DNA of 64,000 nt from Tetramitus jugosus (taxonomy: Eukaryota; Protista; Heterolobosea). The translations under genes and the position numbers were made by a program. Each line of letters starts with the position of its first letter. Within the stretch, counting starts at the first letter, position 1. The stretch lies in contig OW569362.1 in assembly GCA_937625935.1 (NCBI GenBank), forward strand, positions 248,001-312,000. Reading direction: 5' to 3'. Below the pieces are notes generated by a model that saw nothing but the letters and a program-made list of their open reading frames with translations, had not been told where the DNA came from and ran no database searches. Below are positions 20,843 through 31,003 of the stretch, piece by piece.

Positions 20843-22507
20843 TCAACCTCCGAACAAGTTACGATAGGGGGCGCTCGAATTGAAGCGATTCCCTGAAGGG
20901 TTCGGAAAAGATACTGTTTTAATCAGTGACTCGGAAACGTGAGTTAACACGTAATTGTGGATTCATCCTTTGTTACCCCAATTGTAGCCATAAATCTTTC
21001 TCTTGTTTCCCTGGTTATCCGCAATGACAGAGACGCATTGCCTCTTTCGCTTCTTCTCGTTCGAGTCCTGGAAGTAATCAATAATTTGCCCAGATGTATC
21101 ATTCCGAGCTTTCGTAGGACGAGGCGTCGGAGGGGAGTGCCTCCCTTCTCCAGGTAGAGTGCTTGGGGGAGAAGAAACTCTTTTTGAGGTACGTTTCCTT
21201 TGCGACGACGATGCAGACGAAGAGGAGGACCCAGTGTGGAACAACGAACCTGTCGCAATACTGGCTACATCATCCGGAGATACGTTGACAAAATTGAGAA
21301 CTTGATGGGTGGGTTGATGTGGTTGAGATGCAGATGTACCTTGATGCTTGGGTTGTTGGCTGTCACTTGATGCTTGGTGATTTCTTGTTCGCTGTTGAGC
21401 CCTAGTGATCATCCAATTTGGTGTTTGCTGTTGCTGCTGTAGCAGTTGTTGAGGTGTATATGATGGAGGAGCTGCAGAGAAGAAGGATGGTGAGGTTGAC
21501 AGTGGAGCTCCGACTGTTGACGAGGAGGGTAGGAGATGGTTGTTGTTGTTGTTATTGTGGTTCATTGTCAGAGGAGGAGATGACGACGAAGCTTGAGGAG
21601 TGTTCATGCTCAGAGATGATGAGTTGTGTTCAACCATTGGTGGTCCAGTGGATTGAAACTGAGCTGAATAGGGTTGAGGATAATGGTGATGATGACTCAC
21701 CAATTGTTGTTGCTGTTGTTGTTGTGGAAAGGAGAGGGAATAACTGTTTGTGTTGTTGGACAATGAAGACGATAATAAGGAAGGCATTTCTGTGGTTGGC
21801 GTCGTAGCTGTTGCAGCTGGTACGCAGCTATGATTAGGCATCATGATTTGATGGTTGTAGTTCGTGTTGTTATTGTAGTTGAGATAGAGAGATGGAGGAG
21901 AAGGTGCACGGACGCTGGATGATTGTTCTAGTTGTTGTTGTTGTTGTTGTGAGAGAGTAGTTTTGTGATCAATGATTGACCTGATCTGAGACATGAAACC
22001 TCCTCCGTTTGGTTGTGGATAGGAAGAGTCAACTTGACTGTACGATGGTTGTGGTTGTGGTTGTTGACTTTGTTGAGGGTAGTAGTGAGGATAGGAATGT
22101 ACCATCATTGCAGGTTGTTGTTGTACCATTACTGGTGAATAGGATTGAGTCGTTGCTTTTGTCATTTCATTTTCAATGTTGCTAAAGAGATGGTACTGCT
22201 GTTGAGGTTGTGGCTGTTGTGCATGCTGTTCTTGTTGTAGCCGTTGTTCTTTTTGTAGTTCTAAGCTGTTTAGGAGTGCCATGAGCTCGTACTTGTCCAA
22301 CTTTAATCCTTCATTGTTGTCATAGTCTTCACTAGACTCTGGAAGTAGTGGTGGTTGTTCTTGTTGTGACTGTGGTTGTTGATGAGGGACGTTGTTAGTG
22401 CTGCATGAGCTGTTGTTGTTCATGTCAGGAACATAGAGCAGATTGTTCAAGTTGTCGTGGTAATTCATGAGGAAATAGTGGTATGGGTTGTAAATAAGCG
22501 AAGGCAT
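20843..22507 (-). CDS. Q/N/S/P-rich low-complexity protein, possibly a transcription regulator; probable short 3' exon 20913-20843
   Basis: 514-aa ORF with poly-Q/N tracts and basic KKRKR and KRK motifs. A putative intron GTAACA..AAACAG (20976-20914) removes the TGA and gives ...YNWVSFPNPSGNRFNSSAPYRNLFGG*. If unspliced, the gene ends at 20963. Confidence 0.65.
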
Positions 22508-23143
22508 TCAAGTGAGTGATGGTTGGTTTTCTTTCTGTTTGAAGCAACGGCTAGGCGATATGGATGTTTATTGTTTGTTTCGTGAGATTAGAGTTGCTTG
22601 GTTGTTGAACAAATACCATGGGTGATGTTCCAGCTGGTTTGGCATAAAAAAGAATTGACCGTCGGTCACGTACAGTCACGAACATGCGCAGCTTTGGGGG
22701 GTCAAAGTCCTTTGTTCATTGACATTTGAGTCGTCAGGGCACGAACATGAAGAACCCGTCACGACAAATTCCGAAAATCATATGTGCGGTGCATAGAGTG
22801 GGCAAACCGGGGCTCTTTTCGAGAGTTATATCACGTTCAAGGAATAATCAGCTCTCAAGAGTCGTTTTATTCACCATTGCGGTGTTCCAATTCTTCCCTT
22901 AGGTTTGCCAAAACCAAATTCCACCTTCGGTCAACATCCAAAATTTTGCGAAGCATTAAAATATCTCGCGATTTCTGCTTCAGCAATTCGCGCATTTCAC
23001 AGAGCCCAAATCGGACCAATTATTTAATTTCTGCGATGCCGGTGTTCAATTTTGAGCCCAAAAAAAAATACCGATAGCGAAGGCCCACCGCATTTTTCAT
23101 TGAACCACATACATTCCTGGGATGAAATTTCGTTAAATCTCGA

Positions 23144-24601
23144 ATGACACCACAAGAACTTAAGCTTTTGGACGCACACACCACTACTTTTACTACACAT
23201 GAATCACATCGTCACTCTTCACCTCTGATTACCGTCATTCATCGTTCTCCCATCTCCATTACTACTACCAGTACCCCTACTACCCCTACTACTGCACCAA
23301 CAACAAATGACAATGAAACAAAAATTGTTCAAATGATTAGTGGACTCACTCATACGTTTCTGTTGGATGGCAATGGACGTGTGTTTGGTGACTTGAAAAA
23401 TGGACTTTTTCAAGAAATGGAGTATCAACAACAACAACAGTTGACATCAACAACCACTCCTACTTCTGTCTGTGAATGGAGACATGCCAAATGGTTTGAT
23501 GACAAGCAAATTTCAATGATTGTTTCTGGTTATTATTACTTGATTTTAGTGTCTATTGTTGATGACAATGGTAACACCATTACCACTTCTACCACCACCA
23601 CCACCACCACCACTACTACTACTACTAGCAACACTAGTAGTGATAATGATGATGATGACAGTAGTGATGAACAATTGTTGTTTTCATCCAACAAAAAAGT
23701 CATTTTTTATCACTTTGATTATCGCACAAGCAAGATTAGTATGCGAAGATGGACAAGCGAAGAGTATGCTCCCTTGAAGATGATTGACCCATCTTGTTCA
23801 ATGGTTGTCTGTGGTGCCTATCACACCATTGTTCTCACCAATGAATCCAATGGAAACTGCCACGGTTTTCATCATCCACAATTCAAGGCACTGCAGTACG
23901 ATGAATTGCCCTGCACAGTTGCACTACAACACAGAAAACCACTCTATCATTTGAATCATCCATTGTTGATGAAGGAACGCATTGTTCAAGTCGTTGCCGG
24001 CTATCGCATGACACTGTTCCTATCCGAGAGAGGAGAATTGTTTGTTTGTGGTGTGAATGTTGATGGTTGCTTGTTCCTCGGTCATGCCTCACCGAGTGAA
24101 TCACTGAGAAAAGTAAGGGGATTGCCTGGTCTTGTGAAACGAGTTTGGTGCGGTTATCGTCATGCCATGATCCAGTTGAGTGATGATCGTTACTTTGTGT
24201 GTGGAGCCAATGACAGAAATCAGCTTTCATTCTGCGGTCACACTGTCAAGGGCATGAGTGCCATTGTGCAACCCGTGGCTGTCACTCTGCCAGAGAATAC
24301 AGTGCATGTGGAGCTCAATGGATTCCGTTCCTTTTTCACCACAAGTGATCGCAGAGTGTACTGCTATGGAGGGGATGCAAACAATGCTGATGCCGAAGGA
24401 GATCAAAACTCAGTAATGATCATGGAACAACCTCCAGTCATGGACGATGATGATGATGATAACCTTCAAGAGTCACCAGAGCGAGTGTTGCGCATGACAT
24501 CTGGTGCCCTCCACACCCGCTTCTACTATGCTGACAAGAATGCAGACTATGATCATTTGGCACCACTGATCCAATTGGCGTCTGATCACAAATCAGTGTA
24601 A
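23144..24601 (+). CDS. RCC1/BLIP-II repeat (beta-propeller) protein
   Basis: Repeats ISGLTHTFLLDGNGRVFG, VCGAYHTIVLT, VAGYRMTLFLSERGELFVCGVN, WCGYRHAMI..FVCGANDRNQL. Confidence 0.85.
   Translation: MTPQELKLLDAHTTTFTTHESHRHSSPLITVIHRSPISITTTSTPTTPTTAPTTNDNETKIVQMISGLTHTFLLDGNGRVFGDLKNGLFQEMEYQQQQQLTSTTTPTSVCEWRHAKWFDDKQISMIVSGYYYLILVSIVDDNGNTITTSTTTTTTTTTTTTSNTSSDNDDDDSSDEQLLFSSNKKVIFYHFDYRTSKISMRRWTSEEYAPLKMIDPSCSMVVCGAYHTIVLTNESNGNCHGFHHPQFKALQYDELPCTVALQHRKPLYHLNHPLLMKERIVQVVAGYRMTLFLSERGELFVCGVNVDGCLFLGHASPSESLRKVRGLPGLVKRVWCGYRHAMIQLSDDRYFVCGANDRNQLSFCGHTVKGMSAIVQPVAVTLPENTVHVELNGFRSFFTTSDRRVYCYGGDANNADAEGDQNSVMIMEQPPVMDDDDDDNLQESPERVLRMTSGALHTRFYYADKNADYDHLAPLIQLASDHKSV
23582..23660 (+). 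repeat. Coding trinucleotide tracts (ACC)n(ACT)n and (GAT)n, giving poly-Thr and poly-Asp
   Basis: Directly visible. Similar coding microsatellites (CAA, AAC, GAT) occur in many genes of the window. Confidence 0.9.
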
Positions 24602-24661
24602 ATGATCACAACACACTGTATAACCACTTGTAAATCTTTTAACTTATTGTGTGTTTGTTGT

Positions 24662-25252
24662 TTATTCAATCATTTTGTCCTGAGCAGCAACAACCTCAGC
24701 AGCATTCTCGCTATTCGTCTTGCTATTTTGATCCACATTTTTCCACACGGTCGTCAGTGCCTGTGGACTCTTGAACACCTTTGTCTTGACGGCAGCAAGC
24801 GAGTTTGCTTCACGATCCCACACAATAAACTTTGTGTAATTGTCCTTGATGAGCAAATCAGGTGCTCTGAGTCCAGCTCCCTTCTCATACTCTTGTTTCT
24901 CCATCTGTGCGAGCTGCAATGCCGTTCCAGTCTTTCCTCTCTTCTTATCCACCTTTTCAGTCAATTTTTCTTCTCTGTGCTTTAAAAATTCTTCAATCAT
25001 TGTGTGCATTTCGTCTTCGGTGAATCGTTTTTTGACCTGGATTGCATTTTTATAGTTTGGTTTTTGTTGTTTCATCTCTTCTTCCACTTTTTTCACATAG
25101 TCATGATACCATAGACAGTGCTTGTGCAGCACATTGGTCTTCTTGTCACGCGCAACTTTGTTTTCGGACTTTCGGATTTGTTGAGCATTCTTTTTGAGGA
25201 GTTGATCAGCTTTACGTGACCGTGGGTGAGGTGTTTTTTCTTGCTTTGGCAT
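24662..25252 (-). CDS. TMA16: Translation machinery-associated protein 16 (60S biogenesis)
   Basis: N-terminal HPRSRKADQL and EYEKGAGLRAPDL..FIVWD motifs in a basic 196-aa protein. Confidence 0.8.
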   Translation of the reverse strand: MPKQEKTPHPRSRKADQLLKKNAQQIRKSENKVARDKKTNVLHKHCLWYHDYVKKVEEEMKQQKPNYKNAIQVKKRFTEDEMHTMIEEFLKHREEKLTEKVDKKRGKTGTALQLAQMEKQEYEKGAGLRAPDLLIKDNYTKFIVWDREANSLAAVKTKVFKSPQALTTVWKNVDQNSKTNSENAAEVVAAQDKMIE

Positions 25253-25432
25253 GATGTGAGTTGAAAGATGGAGGGTTGTTGTTGTTTTGGTTGCTGTTTT
25301 TGTTCACACTAGAATTATTGAAAGTTACAGAAAACAATTGAAGTGTCATCCTTGTAATTTCGGCGAAAATCGATCTCCGATCTCTCAGAAAAAACCTGTA
25401 AACAACAAGAAGCAAATCAACAATAACAACAA

Positions 25433-25798
25433 ATGTCATCCAAGAGTTCATCAGCTGATCAAGTCGGATTATTCCAAATTATTGGCACATTGGTGTCCAA
25501 TTATCAAAACAAGACCACTCAAAGAGTCAAGATTATTGATTCATTCATTATTTTCTCATTTTTGACGGCTGCGATCCAATATGCTTACGTGTTGCTCGTT
25601 GGTACTTTTCCATTCAACTCGTTCTTGGCTGGTTTCTTTACATCGATTGCAACTGGAATTTTTGCAGTGGGTCTCAGAAAGCAAGTGAACCCTGACACAA
25701 AAGGCGAATTTAAGACAACGGTGCCTGAGAGAGCATACTTTGATTTTATCTTGTGCTGTATTTTGACTTTTTTGATCGGTTTTGCCTACATGGGTTAA
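25433..25798 (+). CDS. DAD1: Oligosaccharyltransferase subunit DAD1/OST2
   Basis: KIIDSF..IQYAYVLLVGTFPFNSFLAGF..LRKQVNP..PERAYFDF. Confidence 0.95.
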   Translation: MSSKSSSADQVGLFQIIGTLVSNYQNKTTQRVKIIDSFIIFSFLTAAIQYAYVLLVGTFPFNSFLAGFFTSIATGIFAVGLRKQVNPDTKGEFKTTVPERAYFDFILCCILTFLIGFAYMG

Positions 25799-26081
25799 GT
25801 TTTTCCTGTCTGAGACAAATGTAAATGCACAATGTAGTTCATGAATTGATCCTATATGTTTCTGTGTGTTTGTAACGTGTTTGAGTCATGATATCATGTG
25901 TGGAGAAGACGCGCAACAGAGATGATGATACTTTCTACACGAGTGATGATGCATGAAGTTTCGGCCAATTTGTAACATGATGATGAAGCAACGAGCAACT
26001 CTATTGTAGATCTATATAAACACAACTTATTTCACAAATACCATGTCCTATTTATCGATGAGCAAAACCTTTACAAACTCT

Positions 26082-28339
26082 TTACTTGTTCAAGTACTTT
26101 TGACGATACAGACCCAAGGCCCAGATTGGGAAAATGTTTCTGTAGTTGGTGTAAGTAATCATACAGTTATGATTGAACACTCCGGAGATATTCTCTTGTG
26201 GGAAGTCACCGTTTGGCATCTGTCTTCTGAGCAACAATTCGACAGCTCTATCGATTGGAGCACGGTCTGGATAGTTGGCCAACATGAGAGCCAACAAAAC
26301 CCATGATGTGTTGATCACTTGAGATCTATGGTTTTGGACATAACGTCTCTCAACACAACTCAAGTAGCTCTCACCCCAACCACCGTCAGGCAATTGCTTC
26401 TCAATCAAGAATCTACATCCTTGTCTCATGTGATAAGATGTCTCATAGGTCTCTCCCATAGCATCCATGGCGGCCATTGCGAACCATGATGCATAACAGA
26501 AGCAGACAGCCCAACCTCCATACCAGCCACCTTCCTTGCTCATCTTATTCTTGATCAACTTCAAACCGTCTTGGCAAGCAGAATCAATTTCATTCTTTCT
26601 GTGGTTAGGGTGTCTTTCTTGGAATGCCTTAAGAGCAGTGATGCAGGCACTAGTACATTCAGTATGTTGGTAGTCAATCATAATTTCACCATAGAGAGAG
26701 GCAGGGTTAATCACTTCAATAATGTTGTGTGTTCTAGTAAGTTCATAAGTAGCCCAGCCACCACCCTTGTTGTGCATGGAGAGAAGGACGTTAACAGCAT
26801 CATACAATCTTTGATCAGAGATACGCTTTCCGTTCATGAATGGCAACTTTTCAATAGATAAAACAGCTTTTAGACCTTCGGCAGTGCAGTCAGAAATTGG
26901 CCAACCGTGATCCAGAGTACTGAATGGCCATCCTCCCTTGGAAATGTGTCTGTGATACTTCTCCAAATTGTCAACGTCATTCTTAACTTGAGTGTAGTCA
27001 ATAAAGTCATAAGCATTCTTGATGGCATCTTCAGCAGTGCTAGCCAAACCAGAGTCAATAATAGCTTGAACAGCAAATGTGGTGTCCCACAATTGAGAAC
27101 CATTGTAGCCTTGCATTTTCATACCATCGTCACTCAACCACAAATAGTCATAAATTCTGTCCAAGTGCTTCTTGTATCTCTCAGAGTCAGCACCTTCAGC
27201 AAAGTAGATGCTCAACATGTTCAACACCTTGTTCACAGGTCCGATATCAATATGATTGGTAGTGTCATCCTCGTGCTTAATATGATCCAAACAGTTGTCG
27301 TTGGCCCATTTTCTCAACCATCCAATGCAGAAGTACTTCTCATACTTGTCAAGAACCCAGGACATGACCTTGTAGATCCATGTAGCTGGGTGATAATTGT
27401 CTCTTGGGTGAACAAATGATCTATATGTGTTCCAATCAATCTTGTCATACTCACCAAAGAACAACTCATCTCTCAAGCTCGTTGTCAATTCATTCTTTGG
27501 CATGGTTGACTTTGTTCCATAAATATAAGACATTGGCAAATAGACGACTCTGCAATGGCACCACCACTTTCCTGGTTGAACCAATGGGAACCAATTAGGC
27601 AGCAACCACAACTCTGGAGGCACTGGATCGATGCAATCCCAGCCCATAACACCCAACGCACACATGTACAACTTTCCCCATTGAGGCAAACCAGCAACAC
27701 CACCCTCCTTCTTCAAAAATGCAATCGTCTTCTTCATTCTGGCATCTTCCTTACTCACACCCATAATTCTCAGTGCAACATAATTGAGCACTGTACCGAA
27801 AATGGTGCTTCTTCCTTCAATGTGAAGTCCATAGCCTCCCTCTTCAGTCTGCTTACTGAAAATGTAACGAGTCATCTCATCAAAGTATGGCTTTGGAATC
27901 ACTGAACCTGCAATGTACAACAAAATGATCAAACCAGGCAAGAGAAACATGGGACCACCATAGTCACCTGCCCAATGACCATCCTCTGTCTGCAGTGTGC
28001 TATAGAACTGAATGGCCTTCTTGGCAGCTTGTTCAGGTGATCCAAACGCTGGCTTTTCATTTTCGTAGCTTGCTTTTGGATCATTCTTCAAACAATGGAT
28101 TAAAAAAAATGTAAACGAAGAAAAATGTGTTAGCTCCATGTTGTAAGAATGCAATAGAGTCAGACAGGAGTGTAGTCTATGCTCTTCAATTGACATACAG
28201 ATGGTTTAGTAAGCAAATGCTTTTCCAATGGTGTTTGTAGAGCTTCTGCTTCTTGTTGAGAATTGACTTCAACAGGTTTCCATGTTTGTCGTCCTTCCTT
28301 CACAATGAGCTTCCAGACTATTGTTTTTTCTTGTGTCAT
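26082..28339 (-). CDS. CAS1: Oxidosqualene cyclase, cycloartenol synthase type; exons 28339-28199 and 28085-26082
   Basis: GRQTW N-terminal motif, DGHWAGDYGGPMFL, WCHCR, MQGYNGSQLWD, DHGWPISDCTAE and QW repeats. The intron GTATGT..GCTAAC..GAAG (28198-28086) joins in frame. Confidence 0.95.
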
Positions 28340-28567
28340 GTCAACTCGTAGGCCTTTGTGTGTGAATAAAGATTTTGTGTTTTTTTTCCTGATCGGCGGA
28401 TGACAGAACACTTTTTCATTTATTCCGGATAGGAGGTCCGCTAACCCCGGGTACGTCTTTCGTAGTCCGAACAGAACATTTCTGGTTTCTCTTCAACGGG
28501 CAGTGTGCAAGTTTCACCAATTTGCTTGAAGATCAAAATCAAACTTTCAGAAACTACATCACACTCA

Positions 28568-29653
28568 ATGAGCAACATCACTGACGACCAGAAGGAGCGA
28601 CAAATGACTACCAGTACGAGTGGTGATCTCTCTCGATCTGATCCATTGAGTATTCCCATGGTTGGACTATATATTCCTCCGAAACGTCCTTCAACCACAA
28701 CGACACAAGAGAGACAAAGATTGATCAAACCAGTGCCGATGAGTCAGAAGAAGAGCAAAGATATTGTTATTCCTTGTCTGCCCAACACATTTGGACTCAA
28801 GAATGAAAATAAATCGATGCACAAACTAGAAGAGGAAGACGACAATGAACAACCAACAAATCAGAGTGATCATGGCAGTAATAATGACGGTGGCAATGAC
28901 AGCGATGAAGAGGAGAATATATTTGATAAAAGTATGCAGGGTTCTAATCACGAGTTCTCTGGTCATACCATGCCCATTCATCAGATTGGTAGAGCAATGT
29001 TGATCGGAATGGGCTGGGAGGAAGGAAAGCCATTTGGTCGCAGCGATAAAGTGATTGAGCCAGTTGATGTGAAACTCATGCCAAAGTTGGCTGGTTTAGG
29101 TTCCACATTGCTCAATGATCCGATGGATGATGATAAGACGAAAAATAAGGGTGAACGGAGTTCTGCTAAACAGGAGAGACAAGCACATACAGATACAATG
29201 TCAAAAGACAGAGATATTCAGAAACAAGCAGCCACATCCGGAAGAGGGGACTCCCGCATAAGACCGCCCGAGGAAATTACTTGGGTCATACCTGGTATCA
29301 GAGTCCGGATCATCAGTGAGTCGTATCATGGTGGCAAATATTTCAATGTCAAGGGAGTTGTGGAGGATGTACCAGATCCTTACACTTGTATAGTATCTAT
29401 TGAATCGAATGGCAGGAGAGTATCTCTGGAAAACTTGACTGAATCGATGCTCGAAACCATTATACCTCGTGAGAAAAATTCTATGGTAATCTGTGTAGCT
29501 GGCAAGTACCTGGGAAAAAGAGGAGTGATGATAGATAGAGACAGGAAGAAACAAAGAGTCTCATTCCAGGTGTCAGATAGTAACGATCCAGACTGCGGTG
29601 AAATTGTTACGACGAATTTTGATGATGTCTGTGAATATGTTATTTCGAGCTAG
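28568..29653 (+). CDS. GPKOW: G-patch and KOW splicing factor (GPKOW/Spp2/MOS2 family)
   Basis: G-patch IGRAMLIGMGWEEGKPFG..LAGLG, plus KIN17-like KOW pair WVIPGIRVRII..GGKYFNVKGVVEDV..LETIIP..GKYLGKRG. Confidence 0.85.
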   Translation: MSNITDDQKERQMTTSTSGDLSRSDPLSIPMVGLYIPPKRPSTTTTQERQRLIKPVPMSQKKSKDIVIPCLPNTFGLKNENKSMHKLEEEDDNEQPTNQSDHGSNNDGGNDSDEEENIFDKSMQGSNHEFSGHTMPIHQIGRAMLIGMGWEEGKPFGRSDKVIEPVDVKLMPKLAGLGSTLLNDPMDDDKTKNKGERSSAKQERQAHTDTMSKDRDIQKQAATSGRGDSRIRPPEEITWVIPGIRVRIISESYHGGKYFNVKGVVEDVPDPYTCIVSIESNGRRVSLENLTESMLETIIPREKNSMVICVAGKYLGKRGVMIDRDRKKQRVSFQVSDSNDPDCGEIVTTNFDDVCEYVISS

Positions 29654-29824
29654 ACAAAGCGTTCATCTGTTGCGTTACAAAAATACGACCATGATTCTTC
29701 GATTTACAAATATCAACGACTCGAAGAAAAGAGCGGGTGCGTCCAACTTGCTTGAACTCAAACAAATCTCCCAACAGGACCGACAGACGAATAAGCTTTC
29801 GAGCTACACCTCTAAACAATAAAC

Positions 29825-30817
29825 ATGTCTCTGCCATCGAGAGGAGTTATGATAAACCTCATCCATAGGATGAAGGATGTTCATTATGAGATAACTGGTA
29901 ATAAGTGGCCCGACGACGAGGAAGATATCGATGGAATGACTCCCTTCGATGCTCAAAAGTTCATTTTAGCCAAAAAGTTAGGGTTTATCAGAGAGGTTAG
30001 TTCTAATTTCTATTCTCATGTTTCATTATAGCTGAAGTCAGCCATTCACACAATGAATTTAATTCACTCCTTATAGAAAATCGCCAAGCTAGATGAAATA
30101 TTAAAGACACGCAAGGGAGGAGTACAGCAAAGATCTCGATTAGCCAACGAAATCAAAAAGATGATTAAAATCGTGAAGGTAGATTATGAAAAGCTATCTA
30201 AACTTCACGAGAAGTATGCAAAGAAGAGGAAATTTGCATTGACGAAACCGAAGCCAGAGAGAGTGAAAAAGGAAGAGGAGGATCTAGCTCTGATCAAACA
30301 ACATTTAATCGAAGTTGAAGAACTGGACAAAAGAAGGCATCAGAGAAAGGAAGATAAAAAGAAAAAGAAGGGAAAGAATGTCGAAGTACCAGAGATGGAT
30401 GGAGACGATGATTCCTTAGCTGCGAGAATAGCCCTCGCGTCCCAGCTTCCTGACGATCCAACTCAATCTAATCTTCCTGTCATTGATATATCAGCTCAGA
30501 TGGCACAAGTTGACCGAATGAACCAAAAGATGGATGAGCACATGGATGTTTTAGGAGACAAGCTAATCAAATTGAAGGAGATGGCACAAGATATCGGTGG
30601 AGAGCTAGATCGACAGAATGTAATGCTCGAATCGTTAGAATCCAAGGTAGAGAAAGAAATGGAGCGACTACAAGCTTTGAACAAGCGAGTAGATAATGCA
30701 CTGGATCAAGTCGGAGGCTCCACCAAGCTCTTTTGCATTATTGCCATCATTGTTATCATTGTGGCAATGATGGGTATCGCTGCCATTTTCATCATTAATT
30801 ACTTCCCAGCTCCTTAA
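29825..30817 (+). CDS. Qc-SNARE (SYP7/syntaxin-6-like); exons 29825-29995 and 30077-30817
   Basis: In-frame intron GTTAGT..TATAG (29996-30076). SNARE motif MDEHMDVL..LKEMAQDIGGELDRQNVML followed by a C-terminal TM helix. Confidence 0.85.
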
Positions 30818-31003
30818 CGATCCATTATTGTATCATAATCGATGAACACTCTCCATCCTCTTTGTCTCATCTCCTCATCAACCAACTCAGTCAATCGCAC
30901 AAGTAACAAACAACAATGACCTACAATCATAAAAACATAATCTTTCTTGAACACAAAAAATCATGCCAATCACAACAACAAATCAAACAGCATTTCCACA
31001 ACC

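Noticed and set aside
20849-20950. Hairpin (TCCGAAC...GTTCGGA) followed by an ANANNA-like box, resembling an H/ACA snoRNA
   Set aside because: The second hairpin and ACA box are poorly formed, and the region is more simply explained as the intron and last exon of the minus-strand gene.
25800-26040. Several ATGATGA box-C-like motifs downstream of DAD1
   Set aside because: There is no paired CTGA box D or terminal stem, and GAT repeats are common in this genome.
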